Source: Bugula neritina (Eukaryota; Animalia; Bryozoa). From it: DNA of 64,000 nt. Below are positions 1 through 13,100 of the stretch, piece by piece; within the stretch, counting starts at the first letter, position 1; the number at the start of each line of letters is the position of its first letter. The stretch covers positions 10,364,698 to 10,428,697 of the forward strand of contig OZ037765.1 of NCBI GenBank assembly GCA_964035545.1. The letters run 5' to 3'. Under the pieces are notes generated by a model that was not told the DNA's origin, did not search any database, and worked only from the letters and a program-made list of their open reading frames with translations. Made by a program: the position numbers and the translations under genes.

Positions 1-2578
1 TGTTCTGTCCACAGTATCAAAAGCTTTTGTCAGATCAATGAAGGCCATGTACAGGTTCTGGTGCTGTTTTCTACACTTCTCCTAAAATCTGCCTTGCAGC
101 AAAGATCATTTCCACTGTGCCTCTACCTGGTCGGAAGCCGCACTGAGACTCGGGAAGAATGTTTTCTGTTATGTATGAAAGTCTTGTACATAGAACCCTA
201 GCTAAGATCTTACCAGCTATCGATAGGAGAAATATGCCTCTGTAGTTACCACAGAGTGTCTTATCACCTTTTTTGAAAATAGTCACCATCAGTGCGTCAC
301 GTAGATTGTCTGGTATACTCTCAGTTGTTCAGATACGCAAGAGAAGCTTGTGCAGTCTCCTGCTGAGTTCAGAGCCTCCATGTTTGAAAACCTCGGCAGG
401 TATTCCATCAGCACCAGCAGCTTTCTCACATTTCATCGCTTTTATTGCAGATTTCAATTTTAGAAAAATGACTCTTTTGACATCTGGTCATGGTACTGCA
501 GCTGAAAGAGCTTCTGCAGAGTTGTATTGTCAACCGTAGAGGTCTGGTTCAGGAGGCACGAAAAATGTTCTTTCCAACATTGCTTGATATCATCCTTATC
601 CTTGTAAAGTACACCATCCTTGTCCTTGACTGGAGCTAATCCTAGATATGTTGGTTCATACAGCTTCCTGGTTTCTGCAAAAAAACTCTCTGGTCTGGTT
701 TTGATCTGTTAAGTTCTGCAATTCCATTGCTTTTTCGGTTCACCAGTCATTCTGCATCTTCCGGATACGCCTCTGCACATTTGCTCTCACTGCATGGTAT
801 GCCTGCTTCTTATCTTTATTCCTGAAGTCATCTTGCCATGCTGAAAATTGTACTTGCTTCTGAGCCAGGAGTTGTTCAATTACATGATCATTTTCATCGA
901 ACCAGTCCTGGTGGAGTCTCTTTGAGTTACTTAGCACAGCTTTACAAGTCTCGGTGATACAGCTCTTCAGACAGCTCCAATTAATGTCAACATTTGGGTC
1001 CTTGGGGAGGTCTTTCAGTTTTTCGGTAATCTTGGTCTCAGGGTTTTGTCTCACTGCCGGTTGTTGCAGGAGTCTGACATTGAACTGTGGTCGTGGTGTG
1101 TGTTTCACTCGGCGGTATGTGGGCTGAATTGAGAAGCTCAACAAAGCTTTTACAAGTCTGTGGTCTGTCCAGCAGCTGTCTGATGAATCGATAGCCTTCG
1201 TAATCTTCGCATCAGCCAAGTCTCTGCATCTAGTGATTATGTAGTCTATTAGGTGCCAGTGACCAGAACGTGGGTGTCTCCAGGAAGTTTTACGCCTATT
1301 CTTCTGTCTGAACATGGTGTTTGTGATTACAAGTCCAAGTTCTGCACATTTGCTGAGAAGCATCAGACCATTTGCATTCACATTACAAATACCGTCCTTG
1401 CAGATAACCCCTTTCCAAGTCTCACTGTCAGTACCAACTCTTGTGTTGAAGTCTCCCAGTAGAACAACCTTGTCAGCAATCGGGATCTGTGACACTGCGT
1501 GATCAAAAGCTGAGTAGAATAGCTCCTTGTCAGCCTGTTCAGCCAAAAGCGTTGGGGCATATGCGCTGACCAGGGTAGCTTTCCTGTTATTTCCCATGTT
1601 TATCTGCAGAGTCACCAGTCGATCAGAGATTCCAACAGGAAAATGATCCATGTGCTTTACTAGTTCATTCTTGACAGCAAAACCAACTTCATATAGCCTG
1701 TGGTCATCTGCCTCCTTTCCTTTCCAATAAGATGTATAGCCGTCACCCACCTCAGCCAACTGACCCTCATCTGCGAGTCTAGTCTCTTGAAGTGCAGCGA
1801 TATCAATGTTCAGTCTTCTGAGTTCACGCGCCACAAATGCAGTACGCCTCTCAGGTCTGTCACTGCTTTTATTGTCCATAAGTGTTCGAACGTTCCATGT
1901 TGCCAATGTCATATGCTGTTTTCTACCGCATGAAGGTGAACCATCTGGATGCGGTATTCAAGCCAGGTTGAGGTTGAACAGACTATGTCTGGGACACATT
2001 TTCTAGTCCCTTCCTGGGATTAAGGTGAGCAGGGCGATCCCTAAAAAGGGCTGCTCAATCATGAAAGCCACTATCGAACATCTCTCCTCCAATCCAAGAG
2101 ATGAGCGACTGATAAGCTTTTATCGCCTATGTGCTAGTTGGGAGCTGAGAACTTCCAGGCTTCACTACCCTGTCCCCGTCGCCACCTTCTAATCGCCATA
2201 GGGCTTTGTAAGTGTTTGCAGTCAGAATGCTGTGCATGGATTAAAGTAGTTCTCATAATGCACTACAGAGAGCCACTGGCTTGGCTTGTCATACCCTGAT
2301 CCAATGGCAAGGATACCTCGACAAATGGAAATATAATAAGTTGCAATAGACAGCTGTTGGTCTGTAAGAGATTCATCCGCCCTTACCAGCTGATGGTATT
2401 GCTGTCGGGATTCCATAGGCCCGAGATGTTTCCTGGTGGATATTGTTTTTAGTTCCCCCAAGTTCTCTAGAAGAGAAGTTGTCGGTTTAGTCGCCGACGG
2501 CTCGACCCAGGCAGCAGGTAGTACTGGATTACATGGTTACCAAGAGCAGGTTGGTGATCAACCTGATCTGACCTGACC
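1..2578 (-). mobile_element. RTE-clade (BovB-like) non-LTR retrotransposon, degenerate; 5' UTR, APE endonuclease and start of RT; continues past the left window edge
   Basis: ORF 740-1912 has APE motifs TWNVRTL, IAALQETR, SAYAPT, LLGDFN, HLIDYI and WTDH. ORF 71-289 has RT N-terminal motifs NYRGIFLLS and ESQCGFRPGRGT. A premature TGA at 740 and frameshifts follow. About 660 nt of higher-GC 5' UTR lies upstream of the ATG at 1912. Confidence 0.93.
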
Positions 2579-3883
2579 ATATGTACTACGTTACTGTTAG
2601 TAACCATATAAATGTGTAAGCGCATGGGTGGCATACAGGTATGTAAATCAATGAGGTGATGTGAGTGGTAAATAGGTTGTATACCATAACAGCTATATGT
2701 GATAAACCCTATTCAACTCTGCTATATAACACTTGGAGATAGTTTAAATAGAGTAAATACTATATAGCCAAAGTAATTAGTGTACAATTTTTTGCTATAA
2801 TATATAGGGTACCCTGTCTAAAGAACCTTTAAATTAAGTGAGTGGTTGGAATAAAAGTATTATTCTAGATAATTCTGCAATATATGTATAGTAATGGTAA
2901 GACTCTAACCATTAGACACAGTTCTTTATTCTGTGTACTGCAAGACAAAAAACTTAGGCTTGCCATTTCTGCTAGCTTTGCTGATTTAAAAGAAGAAAGC
3001 ATCATATTTACATTACAATAGTATGTCAAAAATATGGTGACTATAATTTATTATGATGTTACTAAATTTACTGGATGTATATAATAAATCTAACGCAATT
3101 AAATACAAAATATCTACAGTTGTATGCTAGTATATTTCAATCATACAATTTATAACTTTTAGAAAATGCATTTTTTATTTTTGGTTCACAGTGTATAACA
3201 TGTGTATAAATATACTAATTTGTATCCTCAAAGAAAAATAAAAAAATATTGACACAAGATATGACATAATTTATATTATGATTGTAGCCCTATAAAGATT
3301 TTCCTAGCCGCAAAATAATAATCATAAAATATGGGACGCATACAATTTGCAATTTTTTAAGCAAGTATAAGGCATGAAATGATTGACAAATAGAGTGAAG
3401 AAAAATATCCATGGTAGAAAAAATTTATATTACAATATGTGCATAGCTATATCATTTATGAAGTTATAAATACTTTATGTGGGTATTTGTCAAAATAAAT
3501 GATGCATGGGGTTTAGTGTAATGTGCCGTAAGAGCTATATTTATAGTATTTCGTAGTACCAAAAGTGATTGCAGCTGTAGTTAGTGAAAGTCATTACTAG
3601 TGGTAGTAATAGTAGTAGTAATATATAATTATATACATTATGGTACAACTTAGAATTACCCGCTGAATTGTATTGTGTGATTTGATGTGGTGTAGTGGTA
3701 TTAAATAGGTAAACTGTTGTTATAAGATTTCCGAAAGCTTCAACTAGTAACATCATCTTGATCTAAAAAATAGTTAGAAAAATGGCTGAATAGTGCCAAC
3801 TACTAAAAACACAACTATTCAGGCATGTATTAAATTTTAGATAAGAAATGACATATATCATTACCCACTAGATTAACTGACAT

Positions 3884-4092
3884 AAAAACTCATGCAAGTT
3901 TAAAGTCACCATCCTTGTGATAAAACCCCTGATGGAAGGGCTTTTTGTTAAATTGGGCTAAGGACTTATTCAGATGAGGTACAGGGGCAATTGTGACTGG
4001 ATGCTCTTACTAACATCACCAATGGCCTTTGTCAGGGTTCAGACCCATGACTTACTATGCAAATGCTCTAACCCCTAGACCACGGCTGCTCC
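3884..4092 (-). mobile_element. tRNA-derived SINE, family A
   Basis: Head GGAGCAGCCGTGGTCTAGGGGTTAGAGC with A/B-box-like elements; similar to the copies at 9057, 7545/8036 and 21535. Flanked by direct repeat ATTAACTGACAT (3872-3883, 4100-4111). Confidence 0.85.
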
Positions 4093-4254
4093 CTACTATA
4101 TTAACTGACATGACAGTTTTTAATTGCCTTGCAGTATATTATATTATGAACATGTAACTATCTGTTATAAATTCTAAGTACATTGATTTTAGTTCTTCAT
4201 AAACGTCAACTTACCAGCATGAGCCACTAAAACTCTAGATTTCTGGTGAGTGAT

Positions 4255-6839
4255 TTACCAGGCAGCAGCTTGACTTGCTACTGATATCAACACAGCGGCA
4301 CATGACACTCCAACAATGGCACCGATATACTTGTCTACGGCAGGTGGCGCACAGTTGCTGCCAGTGGTTGAAGCCTCGGATAAACATTTGGTTTTGTTCT
4401 CGTGCACAACTGCCAAAAGATTGTGATTCAATTTCATACAATATTTTTTTTGAGGAAGTGTGTGTGTTTGTGTAGGAACTTTGATGTAAAATAAATACCC
4501 TCTCCTACCGAGAATTGAACCTTAAAATTTGCAAGCTATCGTGCTAACCATTACACTATGGGGGGCTACTGGGGAATTCCAACACCACATTTAAAGTTTT
4601 TTACTTATATAGTACAATAAAATAAGATAATGTAATTCTATACAATATAAATTATAAGTAGTATCACTGAACCAGCTCTGTTATGTACAATTTTTGCTTG
4701 TTTACCTTGACAACCGCAGAGTAGAGACATCTTGTGTATCATATCATCCACCTTTGGGTTTTTTTGTCCACAGCTAATTGGGCCTGCAAAGTGCATGTGT
4801 CCAAAGTCTGCACAAGTTAGGTTTCTAGGCACATTTATTGCTACCAGGCAAAGGCTTCCATAGTAGTTATGGTATGCTTCAGCGCATTTTTTACTGCATT
4901 CTTCACTCATGTAGCATTTCTCCCACGTGTCCCACTCTGTTGTTCACCATTAGAAAATTTTAAATTAGAAATATCTATTTGAAACAGGGATATTTTGTTG
5001 CAGTCGACACATATTATTATTCTGCATTCGATTCAGAAAGTTGAAATTTTTTTTATCAGTCATAATTTTAGATTATAATCTTATGACTCATGTAGCTGGG
5101 AATTTAAAATTGCTCAATACATGTTAATGATAATACATAATATCATAATATATGAGAATCATATTCAACTCTTTGTGCTTAATAATTACTATGTGTTTCT
5201 ACTTTACAAGTTTAGTCATTGGTAGAACTTATGACTATAAATCATATATATATGAGTTCACGTATTGTGTTATGGGTTATGGAAAGCTGAAGTAAACCTT
5301 TTTTCATACGTGAAGACTTAAATGCATTTTTAATTTATTATTAGCTGAACAACATAGTAAAGATTCAAGTTAACTTTATGTAGGTGTTTTTAGCCAGGTT
5401 ATGTAGTTAAATTTAAACACTTTTGACAAACTTGATAACAGCATACTGCTTAAATCATGTAATGTTTGCTAAATAAATACATCAACTTTTTTTTTAATAA
5501 ATGCCACCAGGAAGATAAGTAAAATTTCATTCAAAACAAAAATTGGTTTGCAAGCTTTGGCAATAGTATTTAGCAAATTTTTGTTTTTAAACATTGAGTA
5601 GTTTAGCAGCTGTTGATGTATAGAACTTTTCTTCTCTATTCCATACAGCAGATACTATGCAATAGTCAACAGTTACATACCGTCGAGCTCGGCACTGTAT
5701 TTTCTGCAGTCAGAGTAAAATAGCTCGTTTATCTTGAAAGGTCCGCATTGTTCATAGCTGGCCAATGACGGATGAGGAATACATATTTTTTCAGGAGATG
5801 GCTGAACCTGTTACACAAAGCTATTTTATTACAATACTAATGCTATTTCACTGATGCAGAAAATATAATAGTCAAATGCTTGTGTGTGAGTACTATGGGG
5901 GCTTTGGCAGATATATGACATTTTAGAGATATCAGTAAACTGTACTAGGAAAACTTGTGAATTTCTATGACACTTGAGTTGGGTTGTGAGCTTCCAGTAG
6001 AATATGATGACTGATAAACTTATGGTGGAACTATAGTGAGCTGAAATTTGGCTGTACATTAACCAAATATATCATTACACAAAGATGGTTGTGGTATTTC
6101 AACATTTTCTTTAATCGCGGTGATCATGTAGATTGTAGATGAAGGTTTGCACCTAGATGATAGTATGCTTACCGATTTTAGGCAATCAAGACATGTGTTT
6201 GAAATTTTCGCTGCAAGGCCATTGTCTGCTTCTAAAAAAAATACAATTTAAATCCGACATAATATTGATATAGTTCATCAGCAATACTGCTTTAGTCTAG
6301 TTCAAATTTAAATTTTATTTCTTATTCAATTATATAACTCATTCTTTCACGAAAAGGGTGCGAGATTTTTGTCTAATATTGGCCATGAAATCACAATGCT
6401 GTATTACACTTGAAATTACCGCAGTTAAAAATGTTCAAACTAAAATATAATAGACTCTTTAACAAACACATGGCGCAATGATAGTGACTAAAATATATAA
6501 CATATTATAACTACAGTTGTGGTTATAAAAGAAACCCTTTTTTTTCAAAAAAATAATGGAGTCAGTGCGCCACAACATTACCACATAAGAATTTCTGCAC
6601 TAGAAATACATGCTTTTTCACACCAGCTCTTGAAGTCTGATTTATAGCTGGAGAATTACTCTAAATGTAGCAGTTCAAGCATTAAAGTTTGGATAGACCA
6701 CAGGCCTAACACTTGTTAATACTTTATGTTATATTGCTGTTGCTAGCTTAAATTTCAATACGTATATAGAATAGAATGTTTACTTACGAATATAAGAGCA
6801 GCAGCAGCTTAGTAGAATAAAAAACTTATAAAAAGCCAT
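4255..6839 (-). CDS. Uncharacterised Cys-rich secreted/membrane protein, ~230 aa, 5 coding exons (6839-6788, 6231-6173, 5807-5681, 4936-4706, 4478-4255)
   Basis: All introns are GT-AG with compatible phases (1,0,1,1). N-terminus MAFYKFFILLSCCCSYIQA looks like a signal peptide, the ectodomain is Cys-rich, and the C-terminus is hydrophobic (YIGAIVGVSCAAVLISVASQAAAW). The frame continues past the TAA into a sixth exon, 3762-3740. Confidence 0.75.
4497..4588 (-). repeat. Degenerate tRNA-like repeat, family B
   Basis: Reverse complement gtgttggaattccccagtagccccccatagtgtaatggttagcac...gcttgcaa...ggttcaattctc resembles 25024-25113. Confidence 0.55.
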
Positions 6840-7544
6840 AATATGTATATCTTAAAGAAAAAACTAAATTTTAGTAAAATTTCTAGCTATACATGCACTT
6901 TACAATCATAAATGGTCATACTGAGTTTGATGAATTATTTTCAATTGATTTATTGAGGAAACTATCATCAACACAAATATGGATTGTTTTATTGGCTAAA
7001 TTATGGGGAGGGACATAAAATAAGCACATGATAGGCTAACAGGCGTGAGAACATAAATCATAACTCGATATACGCAGCTGCATCACTACTACTGAATAAT
7101 ATAATTTATTGCGCAATCAAATAATATTGCTCGAAATGCCCTCCAAATTTTTTATTAATTACAGCTAATAGGCTACTGTAGAGGCTATATCAGTAATATT
7201 TTATAGCTATATGGTATATATACACATATTTTTTGCATTTGTGTCTAATGTTTACTTATATTAATGTCATATTAGGTTCCCATATGATCTTTTGCGTCTT
7301 TTCTGTTTATATACTTATCATATTTGAAGCGTTTCTAGGCTTATATTATATGCATATAATAGATAGACTAAATGCTTAGATTGTATATAAATTGGTAATA
7401 TATGGCGCTAATTCTAAGGAATGTTAATATATTCAACTTATTATAAATATAAGAGCTGATAAGAGTTGTTCATACTTCAACATTTATTTGCAGTTTCTTG
7501 CAGTATTTAACATATATTTTTTATAAAAGCCTCCAAATACGCAG

Positions 7545-8036
7545 CCAAGTCCATAGTCATCATTCCTGTGAGAAAACCCCCGATGGAAGGGGTTTTTTTT
7601 AAATCGGGCTAAGGACTCATTCAGATGGAGCACGGGAGCAATTATATGACTAGATGTTCTTCCTAACACCACTAATGGCCTTTGTCAAGCTTGAACCCAT
7701 GACTTAGGTGTAGTATTTGTGTTACAATCACCCATTTGCACAACTCGTTGTTGTTATTATTGTTTACTATAACTTGTTTGTAACACCACGATATTGCAAC
7801 AGGAAGTAACATTCCTTCATATTGTTTCATAATAATGTATGATTGTACACCCCCTATATATAAATGGTTTAGTTTATAGAATAAAACAGTTTATGTTATA
7901 ACAGTACTGCTGTGTGTTGTGTCTACTGTAATAGAACCACGTGCATTGTATATAACGGAAATAATATATACAAAATACATATATAAAATTCGGGCTTACT
8001 AGGCGGCCGCTTTAACCCCTAGACCAAGACTGCTCC
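7545..8036 (-). mobile_element. SINE family A copy split by a ~290-bp insertion
   Basis: SINE body at 7545-7705 and head at ~8006-8036 (reverse complement GGAGCAGTCTTGGTCTAGGGGTTAAAGC) are separated by unrelated sequence. Confidence 0.8.
7709..7957 (+). mobile_element. Possible solo LTR inserted in the SINE
   Basis: Begins TGTAGTA, contains TATATAAA then AATAAA, ends ...TATATAACG. No clean TSD and no terminal CA. Confidence 0.4.
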
Positions 8037-9056
8037 TTATATATAAATGTTATACACATAAAATTAATATCATGTAATAAATAATATCTGCCAATAAGTA
8101 GTTTTTCATGCTGTAAACTATGAAATACAGGCTAATGAATTGAAAAGAATCACCAAAATATAAAGACTTTCATTATCTGAATAAGTTGCTTCTCAATTGG
8201 CCCTTTAGACAGATAAGCCAGTTTCAGAAATGTTTGTAATTTTCTAAACTAATGGCACATATATTCACCTTTACAAGCAAATTTTAATTAGACTGCAAAA
8301 TAGATCAGCCTATTGTTGGCCTTCAACATCCACTTTCAAAATGACAAGACTAGTTCAACCGCTCGACTGCTGCACTATAGAAATCTAAATAATGTTCTAG
8401 AGAGAAGATAACTCTCATTTTAACCGGTATAATTGTCATAATCATCGATGGGATTTATATAAACCAAATGAAACACAACATATTGGCAGTTCAACTGGAG
8501 TTGTTTGTTTTATACTACAAATATAGGAAGACAACTCCACCAACTTTTGTTTTGTATATATCAATTTTTCTGCTTTGGTAACAGAAAAAAGGTAATACTG
8601 CATCCATCAGTTAGTTGACCATGTTCTGACATTGACAAAACGAATTTTTGAAATCTTAGTTATGCCTTTATATGTGATAGTTTTTTAATATCTTTTCCTT
8701 CTAATTAATATTATATTATATTGTGTGCTAATATTTTATTGATTAATAGTATTAAAATTATGTAAGTCTTCAATTCATCATGTTGTAGGCATTGTATATG
8801 TGTTGTAGTTTTGACTTTTTTCAAAGAGAACTTATTAAAAGTGAGAGCTCAATTAAAATAGATTTTTCTAATTTTATGCAATCAATCATTGGTGAGACCT
8901 TGTTAAACACTAATACATATATTGTTAAACTAACATATACACACTGTTTTATTTTTTTTTGGTTCTAATAGAATAGAACCCCTCTATTTGAAGCTTTCTC
9001 AAAATCTTCACAATAAATTCCCCATTCGTACTAGTCACTACTCTAGTTATCTTAAA

Positions 9057-9259
9057 GCAGCCGTGGTCTACTGGTTAGAGTGTTTGCTTTGTGAACACTA
9101 AGTCATGGGTTCAACCCCTACAAAGGCCATTGGTGATGTTAGGAAGAGCATCCAGTCATAATTGCTCTTGTGCCTCATCTAGACAAGCCCTTCTAGCCCC
9201 TTCTTATAACAATTAAGTCCCTTTTTATCAGGCATAGGGACTATAAACTTGCGTGCGTT
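9057..9259 (+). mobile_element. SINE family A copy with 18-bp target-site duplication
   Basis: TACTCTAGTTATCTTAAA occurs at 9039-9056 and 9260-9277; A box TGGTCTACTGG and B box GGTTCAACCC. Confidence 0.9.
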
Positions 9260-9311
9260 TACTCTAGTTATCTTAAATATTTTTGGATTGATACAAATAA
9301 AGCTGTTTATC

Positions 9312-9548
9312 TAACTGGATGAACTGAAAACACAGGCTGAGCGAAAACTATTAAAAAAAGCTAGCCTTTAGTGACTATTGCAGCTTAGGAAAAGTACTCT
9401 AATTTTTATGAAAGACACTTGTACTTATAACTAGCTAGTTAATATAATATAGGACTGTAATACTTGATTCTGTTTAATCCAATCAACTATCTATATCTTA
9501 TCACTATGTGGTATGAATATAAATAGCAGTAAGCAAACTGTGGCATAC
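9312..9548 (+). promoter_or_regulatory. Putative proximal promoter of CYP gene A (TATA box at 9518-9525)
   Basis: TATAAATA lies upstream of a likely non-coding exon (donor CAG|gtatgt at ~9702; acceptor at ~10083). The block is duplicated at 15972-16210. Confidence 0.55.
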
Positions 9549-10100
9549 TGATTATAGCATTTGAAAGCCCACTTTCTCGCATCCATCTCTCTTAATCAAA
9601 AGTTTGTCCTATTCGGTGACTCTAATGATTGCAAGTATCTTTAAATTTGCTCATTGATTGCACCCTAGCTGAATTTTGACGTTGCAAGCAGTGTAGAACC
9701 AGGTATGTATTAAATGTAATATTTAACTGCAAGCTTACCAATTAACACGCATGGTGCTTTAAATCTTTTTCCCTTGATGAAATTTTACATTTCCTCACCA
9801 GTATAGTGCTTAGGCTTTTAGTAGGACTATGATATATATATTTTGTGCCCTAGTAATTTCTTTTTCTGTCACACTTATATAAATCTTTGTTAGATGTAAA
9901 ATACTTCTACATCAAATTTGCATCATTGCCAATAGCTCATTGATAGCATTATTAAAGTTTCAGTTTTTCATACATTGGTTAGTACTACCAGCATAAGCAA
10001 ATTAGCAAAATTGTTTTAGCAACTGGTGGGTAAATGAAATAATTTAACAACTTACTATCATTTTTATTATAATCTTTAAGCAGCATTCATCACAGCAGAG

Positions 10101-13100
10101 ATGCCTGTGACCGATGTCCTTTGGGAAGATGCTACAACTGGACTGCTCACTGTAACACTAGGTCTCATTACTTGTTTGTATCTCTTCTGGCCAAAGATTT
10201 TGGAGAAAAGAAAATATCCACCAGGACCAATTCCTTTACCTTTTATTGGAAACAGTTATGCTGAATTTGCCTCTTCAAAAGCTCAATATAAATATGGTAA
10301 GACAAACTCAATTATATTATGTCCAAAAAGTTTTAAATGAATAACTATGGCTAATTTTAACAGCATATTTCTATATGCCATGGGTCTAGGCTTTAGTTGA
10401 TGTCATTTTATCATCATATGGTGATATGCTCCAATATTGGTAATGAGGAAAGTGAACAGCTATAGTAGTAAAAAGTTAGTTCAATTTCAAATGCTACTCC
10501 AACCTTCGTTCCTAAGCAAAAGAATAAATTGTGCTTGTAGAAAACTGGAAGACCAAATATGGCAACGTAGTTTCATATGTAATGCTGGGAAGATGGACAG
10601 TTGATTTATATGGCTATGATACCATTTACGAGGCGTTTGTAACCAATTCTCAAAGTTTTTCTGAAAGAGTTGACATAACTGGAATACGAAAGAAGCCATC
10701 AGGTATTGATCTATAGATTATTCTTTATTATGCGTTTCTATGTAATTCACAAGCACTGTACGTATATAAATATAATATAGTATACTTACTGTATAGTGTT
10801 TAGTGTACTTAAACTAACGATTCAGTCTTATATTATATACACAAGGATTAATGGTGCTCTTAATTTTTTTACTATCAGCTGCATTTTTAAAGAAACTGTT
10901 ACACATATATAATCACTGCGTTCAACAATAAAATGAGCATTTAACGTGAGTCACATTAGATGGATTTTCCATATGTGGATTCAAATGCAGTGAAATTCAC
11001 TATTGACCCAATGACTAATACTTCTTTATGCATGGCTACAAATGCAGCTGCAACTGTTATAGGTTTAATAAAAGGTGACAATTGGAAAGAGTTGAGAAGA
11101 CAAGCATTAATTGTTCTCAAAGATCACGGGATGGGAAAAACAAGTATTGAAAGCAAAATTTTAGAAGAGACAGGTGTGTATTAAAGTATTAATTGTATTA
11201 GTTAAATTTTATAATTATGCATTTAGAAATTGAAGTTCGATAACTGATCTCCGAATAATCTAAAATCTTAATTTTAAATTTGAGGCAAGAAGTAGAAAAT
11301 TTTAGTGTGTAGCTTTTTCTAAATTTTATTTTTCCTTGTAAAAGTTGATTCAAAATAATTTTAATACTGAAACATAACCTGCACCAGGATATAAGTTTTA
11401 TTTAAATATATCATTATTAATTTTTCTAAAAATGTTAGCAAAGCAATGGTGGCCCCTATTTGGTTAGCTGACATATTATGTTGTTCTAGGCTGATGGGTC
11501 ATCCATGCAGCAGCTAGAGTAACATAATTTCTCCTATCTTACAGAGAATGCAATGATCTGTAGGCAGCATAAAATTATTTTGAAAACAATACATTCCTAT
11601 GCTTAGAATGAAAAGTTCACTTGCAAAATCAAAGCATGTGAACGGAGTAAAACAATGTACTTAGTAGGCCTATTTATACTGGTGTATTAGATTATTAACA
11701 GCTGATTTTCAATTACCAACTTTCATTGTAGAGTATCTTCTTCCAGAACTTTCAAACCTGCAGGGAGTACAGGATAATCAGGCTTTCAAAATGGCAATGA
11801 GTGGTGCAGTTTCAAATGTTATAAACCAGATTGTGTTTGGCCATAGACTTGACTATAATAATCCCAATTTAGAGGGAATTCAGCAACACGAAACATACTT
11901 TTCAACAACTGCTAAATCAAACGTTCTGCCTTTGTATAAAGTAAGTTATGACCCTGAATTTGCTGTTTGTAGAAACACATCTTACACCGGCATGTATAGA
12001 TAATGGTAGATGGTTTTGTTGTGATTAGAATGTTTTTTCACAGAGTTTTTCGAATAAAGTCATTTGAAGAAGTTTGTAGTAAGCATCACAAGCTGTGATG
12101 TTTTTACTGCTTAAAATAAGTGAGATAGCTTTTGTAATAAATCCTTTTTACATTTCAAACTTCAGTACTCAAAAAAATTTTTTAGTATTGGCCATGGGAC
12201 CCTCTAAATCTGAAACAATTCAGAAAGTATTTTGAAACAGCTCAAACTTTCTTCAAATCAGAAATTGAGCAGCACAAGAAATCTTTAGATGTCAATGAAC
12301 CAAGAGATTATATTGATTCTTTCCTTGCTGAAGGAATCAAAACTGGAAATCCCACTTTTCTCAATGAGGGCAAGTTTTACGTACAACTCCTTATAATTAT
12401 TACTTATTTATATGTAGAAGTATTATTCAGTCATCATTAAGGAGTTGTATTGGGTAACTAAAAACTTTCTGAATTTGATGGAAATTGTATTTTTACTTAT
12501 TGAAACAAACATTTTATTAATATATATTCATATTCTTATGCATTAATAGGCATAAACACAATGCATTAACTGTCTATTATTATATTATATAGTATTACCA
12601 ATATGTGGGTCAAGTGCAAAAATGTTCAAACATTCCACTAAAAATATATAATTTTGTGGCACTGTATATAAGGAACGATATATAATTGAACAGCCATTGG
12701 AAATGCTAAAAAAGGTGATCTTTCTCGCTTGCTTATATTCACTACTTTATAAAGAGTGCATAGATTGGTACCTATTTTGCACTACAGCTAGAAGTAAACA
12801 GTGAGCTTACTAAATGTAGCGCTACGCATGTTTCACCATTTTAGAAAAATATGACAACAATTAGCTGTTTTTTGGAATTAGCCTAATTTTGCTAACAACT
12901 GTTTTCTTAAATATAGAAGACCTTTTAACATCAATCAACCAGCTGTATGTGGCTGGACACGATACAAGCAGCACTACTTTGACATGGGCTCTCTTGTTTC
13001 TAATCAACTATCCTAAGTGTCAGCAGAGAATGTATGAAGAAATCCAAAAGACTATTGGTGAGACAAGGTTTCATTTTTACATTTATAGATTTGTGTAGTG

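Noticed and set aside
2595-2731. TGTTA...TAACA segment as a mini solo LTR
   Set aside because: Very short, with no TSD and no second copy in the window.
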